A stretch of 17,350 nucleotides of DNA from Paramoeba atlantica (Eukaryota > Protista > Discosea). The stretch lies in contig CDRNVI010000120.1 of the NCBI GenBank assembly GCA_977017575.1, forward strand, positions 1-17,350, written 5' to 3'. Positions 1 through 9,155 of the stretch are shown piece by piece. Position numbers and translations under genes: made by a program. The first letter of the stretch is position 1. Every line of letters begins with the position of its first letter. The notes beneath the pieces are model-generated. The model was not told the DNA's origin, did not search any database, and saw nothing but the letters and a program-made list of their open reading frames with translations.

Positions 1-870
<870 letters not shown>

Positions 871-886
871 TAATTTTACTAATATA

Positions 887-960
887 ATCCCTCTGGTCTA
901 ATTGGTTAAGACATATCACTCATAATGGTACTGATATAGGTTCAAGTCCTATGGGGGATA
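887..960 (+). tRNA. tRNA with CAU anticodon (elongator Met or lysidine-type Ile)
   Basis: Acceptor ATCCCTC/GGGGGAT fully paired (one G-U), D stem GTCT/AGAC, loop CT-CAT-AA, T loop TTCAAGT. Met versus Ile cannot be decided from the sequence. Confidence 0.9.
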
Positions 961-961
961 A

Positions 962-1033
962 ATAGTTGTAGTGTAGTGGTTAACATATTAGTCTTCAAAA
1001 CTAATGACATAGGTTCAAATCCTATCAACTGTG
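962..1033 (+). tRNA. trnW: tRNA-Trp(UCA)
   Basis: Anticodon arm TTAGT CT-TCA-AA ACTAA (anticodon 995-997), paired acceptor, G73. Matches TGA at conserved Trp codons. Confidence 0.95.
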
Positions 1034-1065
1034 TTAATTATAGATGATATAATTAAATATAATAA

Positions 1066-1137
1066 AATAGGGTGACTGAAAGGTAAAGTATTGTTTTTTG
1101 GCAGCAAATCGTGTAGGTTCGAGTCCTACTCCTAAGT
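1066..1137 (+). tRNA. trnQ: tRNA-Gln(UUG)
   Basis: TTGTT TT-TTG-GC AGCAA, T arm GTAGG/CCTAC. Acceptor pairs 1-2 mismatched (AxG, AxA); exact 3' end uncertain by 1 nt. Confidence 0.9.
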
Positions 1138-1151
1138 ATTAAAATTTTTTT

Positions 1152-1224
1152 TTAAGGATAGTATAAATGGTTATTATAATTGATTGCAAATCTATAGATA
1201 TCGGTTCGAGTCCGTTTCCTAACT
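1152..1224 (+). tRNA. trnC: tRNA-Cys(GCA)
   Basis: Loop TT-GCA-AA, U73. Acceptor mismatches at pair 1 (TxC) and pair 3 (AxA). Confidence 0.93.
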
Positions 1225-1251
1225 TTTTTAAATTTAATATAAATATAATAA

Positions 1252-1324
1252 ATACCTATAGTTTAATTGGTTAAAACATGCATTTGATAAGTGCAAATTG
1301 ATAGTTCGAGTCTATCTGGGGTTA
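1252..1324 (+). tRNA. trnI: tRNA-Ile(GAU)
   Basis: TGCAT TT-GAT-AA GTGCA. Acceptor mismatches at pair 2 (TxT) and pair 3 (AxG). Confidence 0.94.
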
Positions 1325-1333
1325 TAAATAAAA

Positions 1334-1406
1334 AAATAGTTAGCTCAATTGGTAGAGCATCGGCCTTTTAAGCTGAGGGTTATAGGTTCGAGCCCTATAC
1401 TATCTA
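1334..1406 (+). tRNA. trnK: tRNA-Lys(UUU)
   Basis: TAGCTCAATTGGTAGAGC D arm, TCGGC CT-TTT-AA GCTGA. Acceptor mismatch at pair 2 (AxC). Confidence 0.95.
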
Positions 1407-1412
1407 TAAAAA

Positions 1413-1485
1413 TATGGAATGGTGTAATAGGTTAGCACATCGAGTTGTGATTTCGATAGTATGAGTTCAAGTCTCATTTCTTACC
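1413..1485 (+). tRNA. trnH: tRNA-His(GUG)
   Basis: TCGAG TT-GTG-AT TTCGA, C73. Pairs 1-3 all mismatched (TAT vs TAC); position -1 is A, not G. Confidence 0.94.
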
Positions 1486-1551
1486 TAAATTAAGAATAAT
1501 AAAATTAATAAAATATATATTTTATTAAAATTTTTTTATTAATTTGTAAAG

Positions 1552-1625
1552 ATAGATGTGATGGAATTGGTAGACATATTAGTTTTAGGCACTAAATTTT
1601 AGGGGTTCGAGTCCCCTCATCTGTA
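1552..1625 (+). tRNA. trnL: tRNA-Leu(UAG) with short variable loop
   Basis: Leu-type D arm GTGATGGAATTGGTAGACAT, TTAGT TT-TAG-GC ACTAA, variable region only ATTTT (1596-1600), U2-G71 wobble. Confidence 0.92.
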
Positions 1626-1660
1626 TTGTATGTATAAAAAAAGAAAAAAATATTTTTTAT

Positions 1661-1731
1661 AAGGATGTAGTTTAAAGGTAAAATATCTATTTTGGGTGTA
1701 GACGTTATAGGTTCAAATCCTATCGTCCTGA
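1661..1731 (+). tRNA. trnP: tRNA-Pro(UGG)
   Basis: TCTAT TT-TGG-GT GTAGA. A1xG72 where Pro tRNAs normally have C1-G72; A73. Confidence 0.94.
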
Positions 1732-1744
1732 TAATTATAATAAC

Positions 1745-1818
1745 AAGGAGGTAGCTTAATAGGCTAAAGCTTTAACCTGTCGAGTTAAAAGATGAGGGTT
1801 CGAATCCCTTCCTCCGCA
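1745..1818 (+). tRNA. trnD: tRNA-Asp(GUC)
   Basis: TTAAC CT-GTC-GA GTTAA. Pairs 1-2 mismatched (AxC, AxG); discriminator A. Confidence 0.93.
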
Positions 1819-2119
1819 TAAAATATAATAAAATATGTTTATTTTATTACTATATAATCAAGATGTTTTGTATATAAAATATAAAATATTATCTATTATA
1901 TCTATTATATCAATTTATGATAAATGTACATTTACCATATGAAATAACAGTCATAAAACATACATATTTTACTTAAAATTTTTTTAAAAAGAGAAAAAAT
2001 TATAAAATAAATAATTATAGTAATTTAAAAGATTTTATTTTTTTAATAAAATAAAAAATTAGTAAATTAATATGATTATTTATTTTAGATATATCTTACT
2101 TTAATAATATATGATTTAT

Positions 2120-2191
2120 TTTTTCTTCGTCTAATGGTTAGGACATTGCTCTTTCACAGCAGAAATAAGGGTTCAAATCCCTTAGAAATGA
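2120..2191 (+). tRNA. trnE: tRNA-Glu(UUC)
   Basis: TCGTCTAATGGTTAGGAC D arm, TTGCT CT-TTC-AC AGCAG. Pair 2 TxT, pair 1 U-G. Confidence 0.93.
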
Positions 2192-2292
2192 AATTATTTT
2201 ATCCGTATTAATTTAATTTAATAAAATTTTTTTGTAAATTTTTGAAATCTATTATACACTGATTTAAGTATATTATTTGTCACATATAATAA

Positions 2293-2344
2293 GGGGGGTT
2301 TGGGGGGTTTGTATAAGAGATAATATTTTATTTTCATATACAAA
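2293..2344. other. G6-TTT-G6 tract followed by an 8-bp stem (TTTGTATA/TATACAAA) in an AT-rich intergenic spacer
   Basis: GGGGGGTTTGGGGGG at 2293-2307; stem arms 2308-2315 and 2337-2344. Function is inferred only. Confidence 0.6.
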
Positions 2345-2365
2345 AATTTTTATTAATTATTTTTT

Positions 2366-2448
2366 AATGGTGTGATGGAATTGGTAAACATGATAGACTT
2401 AAAATCTATTGCCTTTTAGGCTTGAGGGTTCGAGTCCCTCCTCCAATA
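2366..2448 (+). tRNA. trnL: tRNA-Leu(UAA)
   Basis: ATAGA CT-TAA-AA TCTAT, long variable arm GCCTTTTAGGC. Mismatches at pair 2 (AxA) and pair 6 (TxT). Confidence 0.94.
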
Positions 2449-2466
2449 ACGATGAGTTAATTATTT

Positions 2467-2539
2467 TTTAAGATGGAGTAATAGGTTAACTCAGTGGTCT
2501 CATGAGCCACAGATGTAGGTTCGAGTCCTACTCTTCTTA
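2467..2539 (+). tRNA. trnM: tRNA-Met(CAU), probably initiator
   Basis: D arm TGGAGTAA...AACTC with the initiator-type A11-U24 pair, GTGGT CT-CAT-GA GCCAC. Pairs 1-3 all mismatched (TTT vs CTT). Confidence 0.9.
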
Positions 2540-2638
2540 TATAATTACGTAAATATTATTATGGATTACATTTGAATATGTAATCAATTTTGAATTTTTA
2601 TTAATTAGTAAAATATATGTATAAAAATATTTTCGAAA

Positions 2639-2878
2639 ATGGCAGGACAAGAAATTATGTTAATTTTTGCAAAAAAAGTAGGTGCTGGTTTAGCTACTAT
2701 AGGTTTAGCAGGTGCTGGAGTAGGTATAGGAATAGTTTTTGGAGCTTTTTTAATTGCTTATTCACGTAATACTACAATTAAAAACGATTTATTTGGTTAT
2801 ACTTTATTAGGTTTCGCATTAACAGAAGCAATTGCTCTGTTTGCCCTAATGATGGCTTTCTTAATCTTATATACTTAA
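2639..2878 (+). CDS. atp9: ATP synthase F0 subunit c
   Basis: [17 protein letters not shown] glycine-zipper helix and GFALTEA proton-binding Glu motif, 79 aa. Confidence 0.98.
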   Translation: MAGQEIMLIFAKKVGAGLATIGLAGAGVGIGIVFGAFLIAYSRNTTIKNDLFGYTLLGFALTEAIALFALMMAFLILYT

Positions 2879-2905
2879 TCAACCTATTTTTGTTGTTTTG
2901 TATTT

Positions 2906-2979
2906 AATTGGTTAGTTTAATTGGTTAAAATTATGATCTTCTAAATCATTAGATATAGGTTCGAGTCCTATACCAATTA
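2906..2979 (+). tRNA. trnR: tRNA-Arg(UCU)
   Basis: ATGAT CT-TCT-AA ATCAT, perfect acceptor AATTGGT/ACCAATT. Confidence 0.95.
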
Positions 2980-2987
2980 TAATTTTT

Positions 2988-3068
2988 TATAGTGTGGCTG
3001 AGCGGTAAAGCGGTAGACTGTAAATCTATTGTATTTATACATCGTAGGTTCGAATCCTACCACTTCCA
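2988..3068 (+). tRNA. trnY: tRNA-Tyr(GUA)
   Basis: GTAGA CT-GTA-AA TCTAT, long variable arm. Pairs 1-3 all mismatched (TAT vs TCC); templated repair gives the Tyr-typical GGA start. Confidence 0.95.
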
Positions 3069-3129
3069 TTTGATTAAAATATATAATAATGTTGAATAAT
3101 TTTTAAACAAATCATTTTAAAATTTTTTT

Positions 3130-4125
3130 ATAAATTTAAAATAGTATTAAACGGATATCTTGCCAATAATAAGTTTATAGACGTTTTAAAACGTAATGTG
3201 AAAGTAAAATAATAATAATTTTTCAATATTCACGTATCTAAAGGGAAAACCCAATTAAATTAAATAATTAAAGAATATCTAATGAATTGAATCATCTTAG
3301 TAATTAGTTAAAAAAAATAAAAATGATATTATTAGTAGTGGCGAGCGAAAATAAAATAGCTAAATTAAACAATAATATAAATAAAAAATATAATAATTTG
3401 GAATAATTAACAAAATAAGTAATAGTCTTGTTATTTTTTATTATTATTATTGGTTTTGAGTAAAATAAAAACTAAATTTGTTTGAAGATTAGAGTACCAT
3501 CTCTAAAGGCTAAAGAATTATTATTGAGCGATAGTGAAAAAGTACTGTGAAGGAAAGATGAAAAGAAATTTTTTAAAAATGTTGAAATAGATTTTGAAAT
3601 TTAATACTAAATAGCACTTTAAGCATAAATAATTATATGTTAAAAGGTACCTTTTGCATAATGGGTCAGTGAGTTAATTATTGTAGCAAAATAAAAAATT
3701 ATTAAATTTTTTAATTGTAATTAATATATTTATAGTTATAATAATTAGACCCGAAACCAAGTGATCTAGTCATGGGCAGATTGAAGTTAATTAAATATTA
3801 ATGGAGGATCGAACCCGTTTATGTTGCAATATATTGGGATGACCTATGATTAGGGGTGAAAGGCTAATCAAACTTGGAGATAGCTGGTTTTCTACGAAAT
3901 CTATTTAAGTAGAGATGAAATTTAAATTTATATAAGGTAGAGCTACCATATTGGGTTGTTGAATCCATATGAACTTCAAATAAATATAAAGTAAAAATTT
4001 TAATTTCGATATATGGCGAAAAGGTTGTATATCAAGAGGGAAAGAGCCCAGATTATAAATTAAGGTTTCTAAATTAATATTAAGTTAAAAAGTATATTAT
4101 AATATTAACAATGAATAGGAGGTAG

Positions 4126-4159
<34 letters not shown>

Positions 4160-5900
4160 CAGCTCACTATTGATAGATATTTATATACAAAAATATAACG
4201 AAAATAAATATTATACCGAAATTATAAAATATTATTTAAAATAATAATATTGGTAGTAGAACGTTTTATAAAAGAAAAAAAAAATTGTTAAATTATAAAA
4301 TTAAAATTGAATATACTGGCATAAGTAGCAAAAATAATGTTATAAACATTATCATCTAAAAATCTAAGGTTTCTAATGTCAAGATAAACTGCATTAGGTT
4401 AATCGGTCCCTAAAATGAATATGATAGTAATAATTGAAGGGTAGTTAAAGAGTTATAAGGATAACATAATATTTTTAACGTTATTAGTAGATGACAGTTT
4501 ATTTTTTAAATATTTTAGGATCAAATTTTAATAAATATAGTAAAACATTGTGTGATATATTCGAATATATTGATTGAAATATTTAAAAAATAAATTCAAG
4601 AAAGAATACTAATATATAAAACCGTACTAAATCCTACACAGGAGGATTAGTAGAGAATACTAAGATGAATAATTGAATAATATCGAAGGAACTCGGCAAA
4701 TTAACTCTGTAACTTCGGGAGAAAGAGTATTTTTATATATACATTATATGTATATAAAAATGTAACAGAATAGAGGATGGCGACTGTTTAACAAAAACAC
4801 AGGACTTTGCAAAATTAATTAATGATGTATAAGGTCTGACACCTGCCCGGTGCTATAAAGGTAATTGTTATTGTTAATATATTATTTAATGTATTAGCTT
4901 TATATAGAATGAATAGTAAACGGCAGCTGTAAATATAACGGTTCGAAGGTAGCGAAATTCCTTGTCGAGTAAGTTTCGACCTTGCATGAATGGTGTAACG
5001 ACTATCCTACTGTCTCCGGTATTATATTAGCGAAATTGAATTCTCTGTGCAGATGCAGCGTATTAATAGCTAGACGGAAAGACCCTATGCACCTTTACTG
5101 CAGTTATATTTTGTTATTAAAAATTAAATTTATAGGATACAAACTAATCGTTTTAAAATTTTAATATTAGTTAATTGTTTAGATAATCTTGGAATAGTTT
5201 GAATTTAATTTTTAAAACTTAATAATTTTTTATTGACAGAATATATTTGGTAGTTTCTCTGGGGCGGAGACCTCATAAAATGTAACTGAGGTGTACAAAG
5301 GTAATTAAAATTTTATTAGAAAATTTTGGCGTGTAATGGCTAAAAATTACTTAACTGTGAGATTTACAAATCAAACAGAGATCTTTTTTATTAAAAAGGT
5401 CGGTCATAGTGATCCAATATAATTGAATGGAAAATATATTGCTCAACGGATAAAAGGTACGCTAGGGATAACAGGCTTATGACTCCGGAGAGAAGATATC
5501 GACGGGGTTGTTTGGCACCTCGATGTCGATTGGTCACATCCTGGTTAAGAAAAATGTTCCAAGGGTAAGGCTGTTCGCCTTTTAAAGTGGCACCTGAATT
5601 GGGTTCAGAACGTCGTGAGACAGTTCGGTTCCTATCTACTATTAATTAATTAAAATTGAAGGAATCTTATCTTAGTACGAAAGGACTGGAGAAGGAATAT
5701 CACTGGTAAATCGGTTGTAATTATAATTGCATAGTCGAGTAGCTAAATATTAATAATATAATTATTGAATTCAATCAGATATAAGAAGATTATCCTAAAA
5801 TATTTTAAAAGTATTGATTGTAAAAGATTATTACGAAATTAAGTTATGTGTGTAAGTCCTGTGAAGGATTGAGCTAAATAATTTTAAGAATCAATCTAAT
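3130..5900 (+). rRNA. rnl: Mitochondrial large-subunit rRNA (ends approximate, no intron seen)
   Basis: Colinear 23S landmarks: AGTACTGTGAAGGAAAG, GACCCGAAACCAAGTGATCTA, GGAACTCGGCAAA, GTAGCGAAATTCCTTGTCG, GGGATAACAGGCT, GGCACCTCGATGTCG, GGGTTCAGAACGTCGTGAGACAGTTCGGT, AGTACGAAAGGAC. Confidence 0.97.
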
Positions 5901-6029
5901 TTATAAAAAGAAAAAAGAAAAAAGAAAAAAAATTTCTATATAAGAAAAAATAAAATATATAATATTTTGAAAATATTATATGTAATAAAACAACAAACTT
6001 TAAATTAAAGTTTGTAATTTGTAAAACAA

Positions 6030-6102
6030 TACTTGGTAGTTTCAATGGTAAAATAATTGGCTGTTAACCAATCAGATGTAGGTTCGAATCCTGCCCAGGT
6101 CG
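6030..6102 (+). tRNA. trnN: tRNA-Asn(GUU)
   Basis: ATTGG CT-GTT-AA CCAAT, G73. Pair 1 TxC. Confidence 0.94.
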
Positions 6103-6116
6103 TTGTATAAAAATAA

Positions 6117-6205
6117 GTTTATGTGGCTGAGTGGTTTAAAGTAATCCTCTTGAAAAGGATCGTATAATTTTAATTATACCGTGGGTTCGAATCCCACCAT
6201 AATCT
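6117..6205 (+). tRNA. trnS: tRNA-Ser(UGA)
   Basis: ATCCT CT-TGA-AA AGGAT, long variable arm. Pair 2 TxT; discriminator T. Confidence 0.94.
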
Positions 6206-6265
6206 TAATATAAAAAAAAAGGAAAAAATTTATGTAAATTATATAATATATAATATATTATATAT

Positions 6266-7797
6266 AAATACTTGTATGTTTTATTCTGGCTTTGAGTAAA
6301 TGCTAGTAGTTCGCTTAACACATGCTAGTCAATTAAAATTTAAAATTTAAAATTAATGGCGTAAGGGTGAGTAATATATAAAAACGGGACTTATAATTAT
6401 GTTTATATTATAAACTGGTTTATAAAGATTTAGGTAGTTGGAGGTGTAATAGACTAACAAGCCGATAATTCTTAGTTGATCTTAGAAGGAGGTACAACCA
6501 CATTGGGAATGAGAAAAGGCCCAAGTTCCATTAGGAGGCAGCAGTGAGGAATATTGAACAATGAGCGAAAGCTTGATTCAGCGAAACTACCTGAATTATG
6601 ACAATTTATTGAAAAATTCTTGTTTAAGTGAGCATAATGAGGTTAAACTTAAGAATAAGCATCGACTAACTTCGTGCCAGCAGTCGCGGTGATACGGAGG
6701 ATGCGGGTGTTACTCAGCATTACTGGGCGTAAAGCGTATGATAAGTGGTTTATTTTTTAATAATATAATTTTAAAGGCGTTATTAGTAATAATGAATAAA
6801 TTATATATTAGTAAACTAAGAGTATTATTCAGATATATAGTATTCATAGAGGAAAGGTGAAATTTTATGATACTATGGAGACTATCAGAAGGTGAAAGCT
6901 ATATATTAGATTTATACTGACACTAAAGTACGAAGGTATGGGTATCAAAGAGGATTAGAGACCCTTGTAGTCCATACAGACAACGATGGATGCTAACTGT
7001 AGGAAATATTTTTGTGGTTTAGCTAACGCGTAAGCATCCCGCCTGGGGAGTATGATCGCAAGATTTGAACTCAAAGAAAGTGGCTGAGATTTGGTACGAA
7101 CGGTGGAACATGTGGTTTAATCTGATATAACGCATAAAATCTTACCAATTCTAGATTGAAAAAAATTATAATAAATATAGTAAACTTTATATAATTTTTT
7201 TAAGCAGGTGTCGCATGGCTGTCGTCAGCTCGTGTAGTGATATGTATGGTTAGGTCCTGTAACGAGTGTAATCCTTACAATATAATAAAATATATGATAT
7301 ATTATTATATTATTATATGTTATATTATTATATGTTATATTATTATATTTTATTATATTGTATTATTAATTATATATTAAATGAAATAGAGGAGGACGTC
7401 AAGTAGGTATGGCCCTGATGAATTGGGCTACACACGTGTTACAAAAATAATTACAAAAAAAAAATAAATTGTGAAATTTATTTAAATTATAAAGATTATT
7501 ATAGTTCGGATTATTTTTTGAAAATAAAAATATGAAGTTGAAATCGTCAGTAATCGAAAATTAGAATGTTTCGGTGAAATGGGATCCAAATCTAGTACAC
7601 ACTGCCCGTCACGCCAAGAAAGTTGTTAATATTGGAAAAATTATAATTAATAATTTATATTTATTAATTATTTTTAATCTATTGGAGATAATTAATTTTT
7701 AATAAAATATTATTAATTATTTAATTTGAATGTATTGATAGTAATCAGGGTGAAGTCGTAACATGGTAGTGGTAGGGGAACCTGCCGCTGGATGGAA
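6266..7797 (+). rRNA. rns: Mitochondrial small-subunit rRNA (ends approximate)
   Basis: 16S landmarks: TTAACACATGCTAGTC, GGAGGCAGCAGTGAGGAAT, GTGCCAGCAGTCGCGG, GGATTAGAGACCC, GCTGTCGTCAGCTCGTG, GTACACACTGCCCGTCA, GAAGTCGTAACATGG, GGGGAACCTGCCGCTGGAT. No anti-Shine-Dalgarno tail. Confidence 0.97.
7306..7350 (+). repeat. Three tandem 15-mers (TATATTATTATATGT x2 plus one variant) inside an SSU rRNA variable region
   Basis: Copies at 7306-7320, 7321-7335 and 7336-7350. Confidence 0.8.
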
Positions 7798-7799
7798 AA

Positions 7800-7900
7800 T
7801 AAATTTATATTTTTTTAAAGGTAAGCTTATCGAACCCCTTTAAAATATTATATATTAAATTATATTCTCGTAAAAATTTTTTATAAGAGTGTATAATTTA
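7800..7900 (+). rRNA. Candidate highly divergent mitochondrial 5S rRNA
   Basis: Directly follows rns. Terminal pairing 7800-7810/7891-7900; 9-bp stem 7813-7821/7837-7845 capped by a loop containing ATCGAAC (cf. bacterial loop C CCGAAC); second arm ATATTCT 7862-7868/AGAGTGT 7886-7892. Confidence 0.35.
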
Positions 7901-7922
7901 TATTAATACAAATCATATTTTA

Positions 7923-8011
7923 GGTGAGTTGACCGAGTGGTTGAAGGTGTCGATCTGCTAAATCGATATATTATTCATATAATATCATGGGTTCGAATCC
8001 CATACTTACCT
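7923..8011 (+). tRNA. trnS: tRNA-Ser(GCU)
   Basis: TCGAT CT-GCT-AA ATCGA, long variable arm, paired acceptor, discriminator T. Confidence 0.95.
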
Positions 8012-8044
8012 TATAAAAAAATAATTTGTAATTAAAAAAAGTTT

Positions 8045-8117
8045 TTGGGGGTAGCTCAGTAGGTAGAGCGAAAGCCTGAAAAGCTTTAGGTCATTGGTTC
8101 AAACCCAATTCTCCACA
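8045..8117 (+). tRNA. trnF: tRNA-Phe(GAA)
   Basis: TAGCTCAGTAGGTAGAGC D arm, AAAGC CT-GAA-AA GCTTT. Pair 1 TxC. Confidence 0.95.
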
Positions 8118-8234
8118 TAAAACTTATATTAAATTTAATTATATATGGAATCATTAAAAAGAAAAAGAAAGAAAATTAAAAAAATAGAAAAAGTTTAAAA
8201 AAATAGAAAAATTAAGGAAAGAAATAATACAAAT

Positions 8235-8816
8235 ATGTTTGAAAAAAAAGAAAGTTTAATAAAAAATAGAAAAATTAAATTAATAAAAATTAATAGATTT
8301 AAATTACCTTCAGTTACTTGATTATATAAAAAAAGGTTTAATATAAAATTAAAAAGCAAGTATATATATGCAGCAAAATTATCTTTTTTTAAAAAAAGAT
8401 ATTTATTTATTAATATACTAAAAAATTTTTTAAAGGGTTCAAAATTAGATTGGTTATCTTTGAAATTTTGTACTATTAATTTAATATTAAAATTTAGAAA
8501 AAATACTTATTTAAATTTTTCGCATATTAATGGTAATGTAATAAAAAATTTTTCATGTGGTTTTTATTATAAAAAATCATTAAAAAAAACATATTTTGCT
8601 TTAAATTCATTAATTGTAGCTTCAAAAATTGATTTTAAATATTTATATATGAAAAAATGATTCATATTAAATATAATTTATAAATATTATACTCGTAAAA
8701 TTTTGAGAAATTTAAAAGAATTATTTGAGACTACACCTTATAATTTAAAATTTATTAATTTTATAAAATCAAAAGCTCATAATGGTATAAGAAAGAAAAA
8801 GAGAAGAAGAAAATAA
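8235..8816 (+). CDS. rps11: Ribosomal protein S11 with long basic N-terminal extension (193 aa, UGA=Trp)
   Basis: KNTYLNFSHINGNVIKNFSCG resembles the S11 core NNTIVTITDRQGN...; the C-terminus KAHNGIRKKKRRRK matches PHNGCRPPKRRR. An in-frame ATG at 8145 is separated by TAA 8196 in an A-run region, so the start is uncertain. Confidence 0.85.
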
Positions 8817-8819
8817 TAA

Positions 8820-9143
8820 ATGAAAAAGAAAAAAATTATAAATTATTTAGATAATTCTTTTTTAAGTTTATTATCTATAGAATATAAAAAAAAATTAAAT
8901 AATAATATATCTATTGAATTAAAGTATTTTTATTGATTATATAAGAATGTATATATACGTAATATTAAAGGATTAATTATAAATTTTAATAAAAAACAAT
9001 ATTTAAATATGGAAAGTTTTTTATTATATTATAGGTATAAAAATATACGATTAAATCAATTATATTTTGTTACTTCACCTTTTAATCTATTTTTAAAATA
9101 TAAAATTAGTAATATTAAAAAATATAAATTATATATATTATAA
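8820..9143 (+). CDS. Unassigned 107-aa basic ORF, possibly a very divergent ribosomal protein
   Basis: ATG 8820 to TAA 9143, open with TGA 8934=Trp, exactly filling the rps11-nad9 gap. Missed by the ORF track. Confidence 0.7.
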
Positions 9144-9155
9144 ATAAAAAAAAAT

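Noticed and set aside
1819-2119. RNase P RNA or tmRNA in the 300-bp spacer
   Set aside because: No P4 motifs (GAGGAAAGTC / ACAnAAnnnnGCTTA) and no tRNA-Ala-like ends. The pairings seen (1830-1838/1962-1970) are expected by chance at this AT content.
4982-5164. 60-aa ORF from the track
   Set aside because: Lies inside conserved domain IV-V sequence of rnl; a chance ORF.
2564-6015. Isolated 8-9 bp hairpins at 2564-2585 and 5993-6015
   Set aside because: They share no sequence motif and are AT-rich. They could be processing signals but nothing supports it.
3130-7797. Group I/II introns or homing endonucleases in rnl, rns or the protein genes
   Set aside because: Landmarks are colinear at near-bacterial spacing, with no inserted ORFs.
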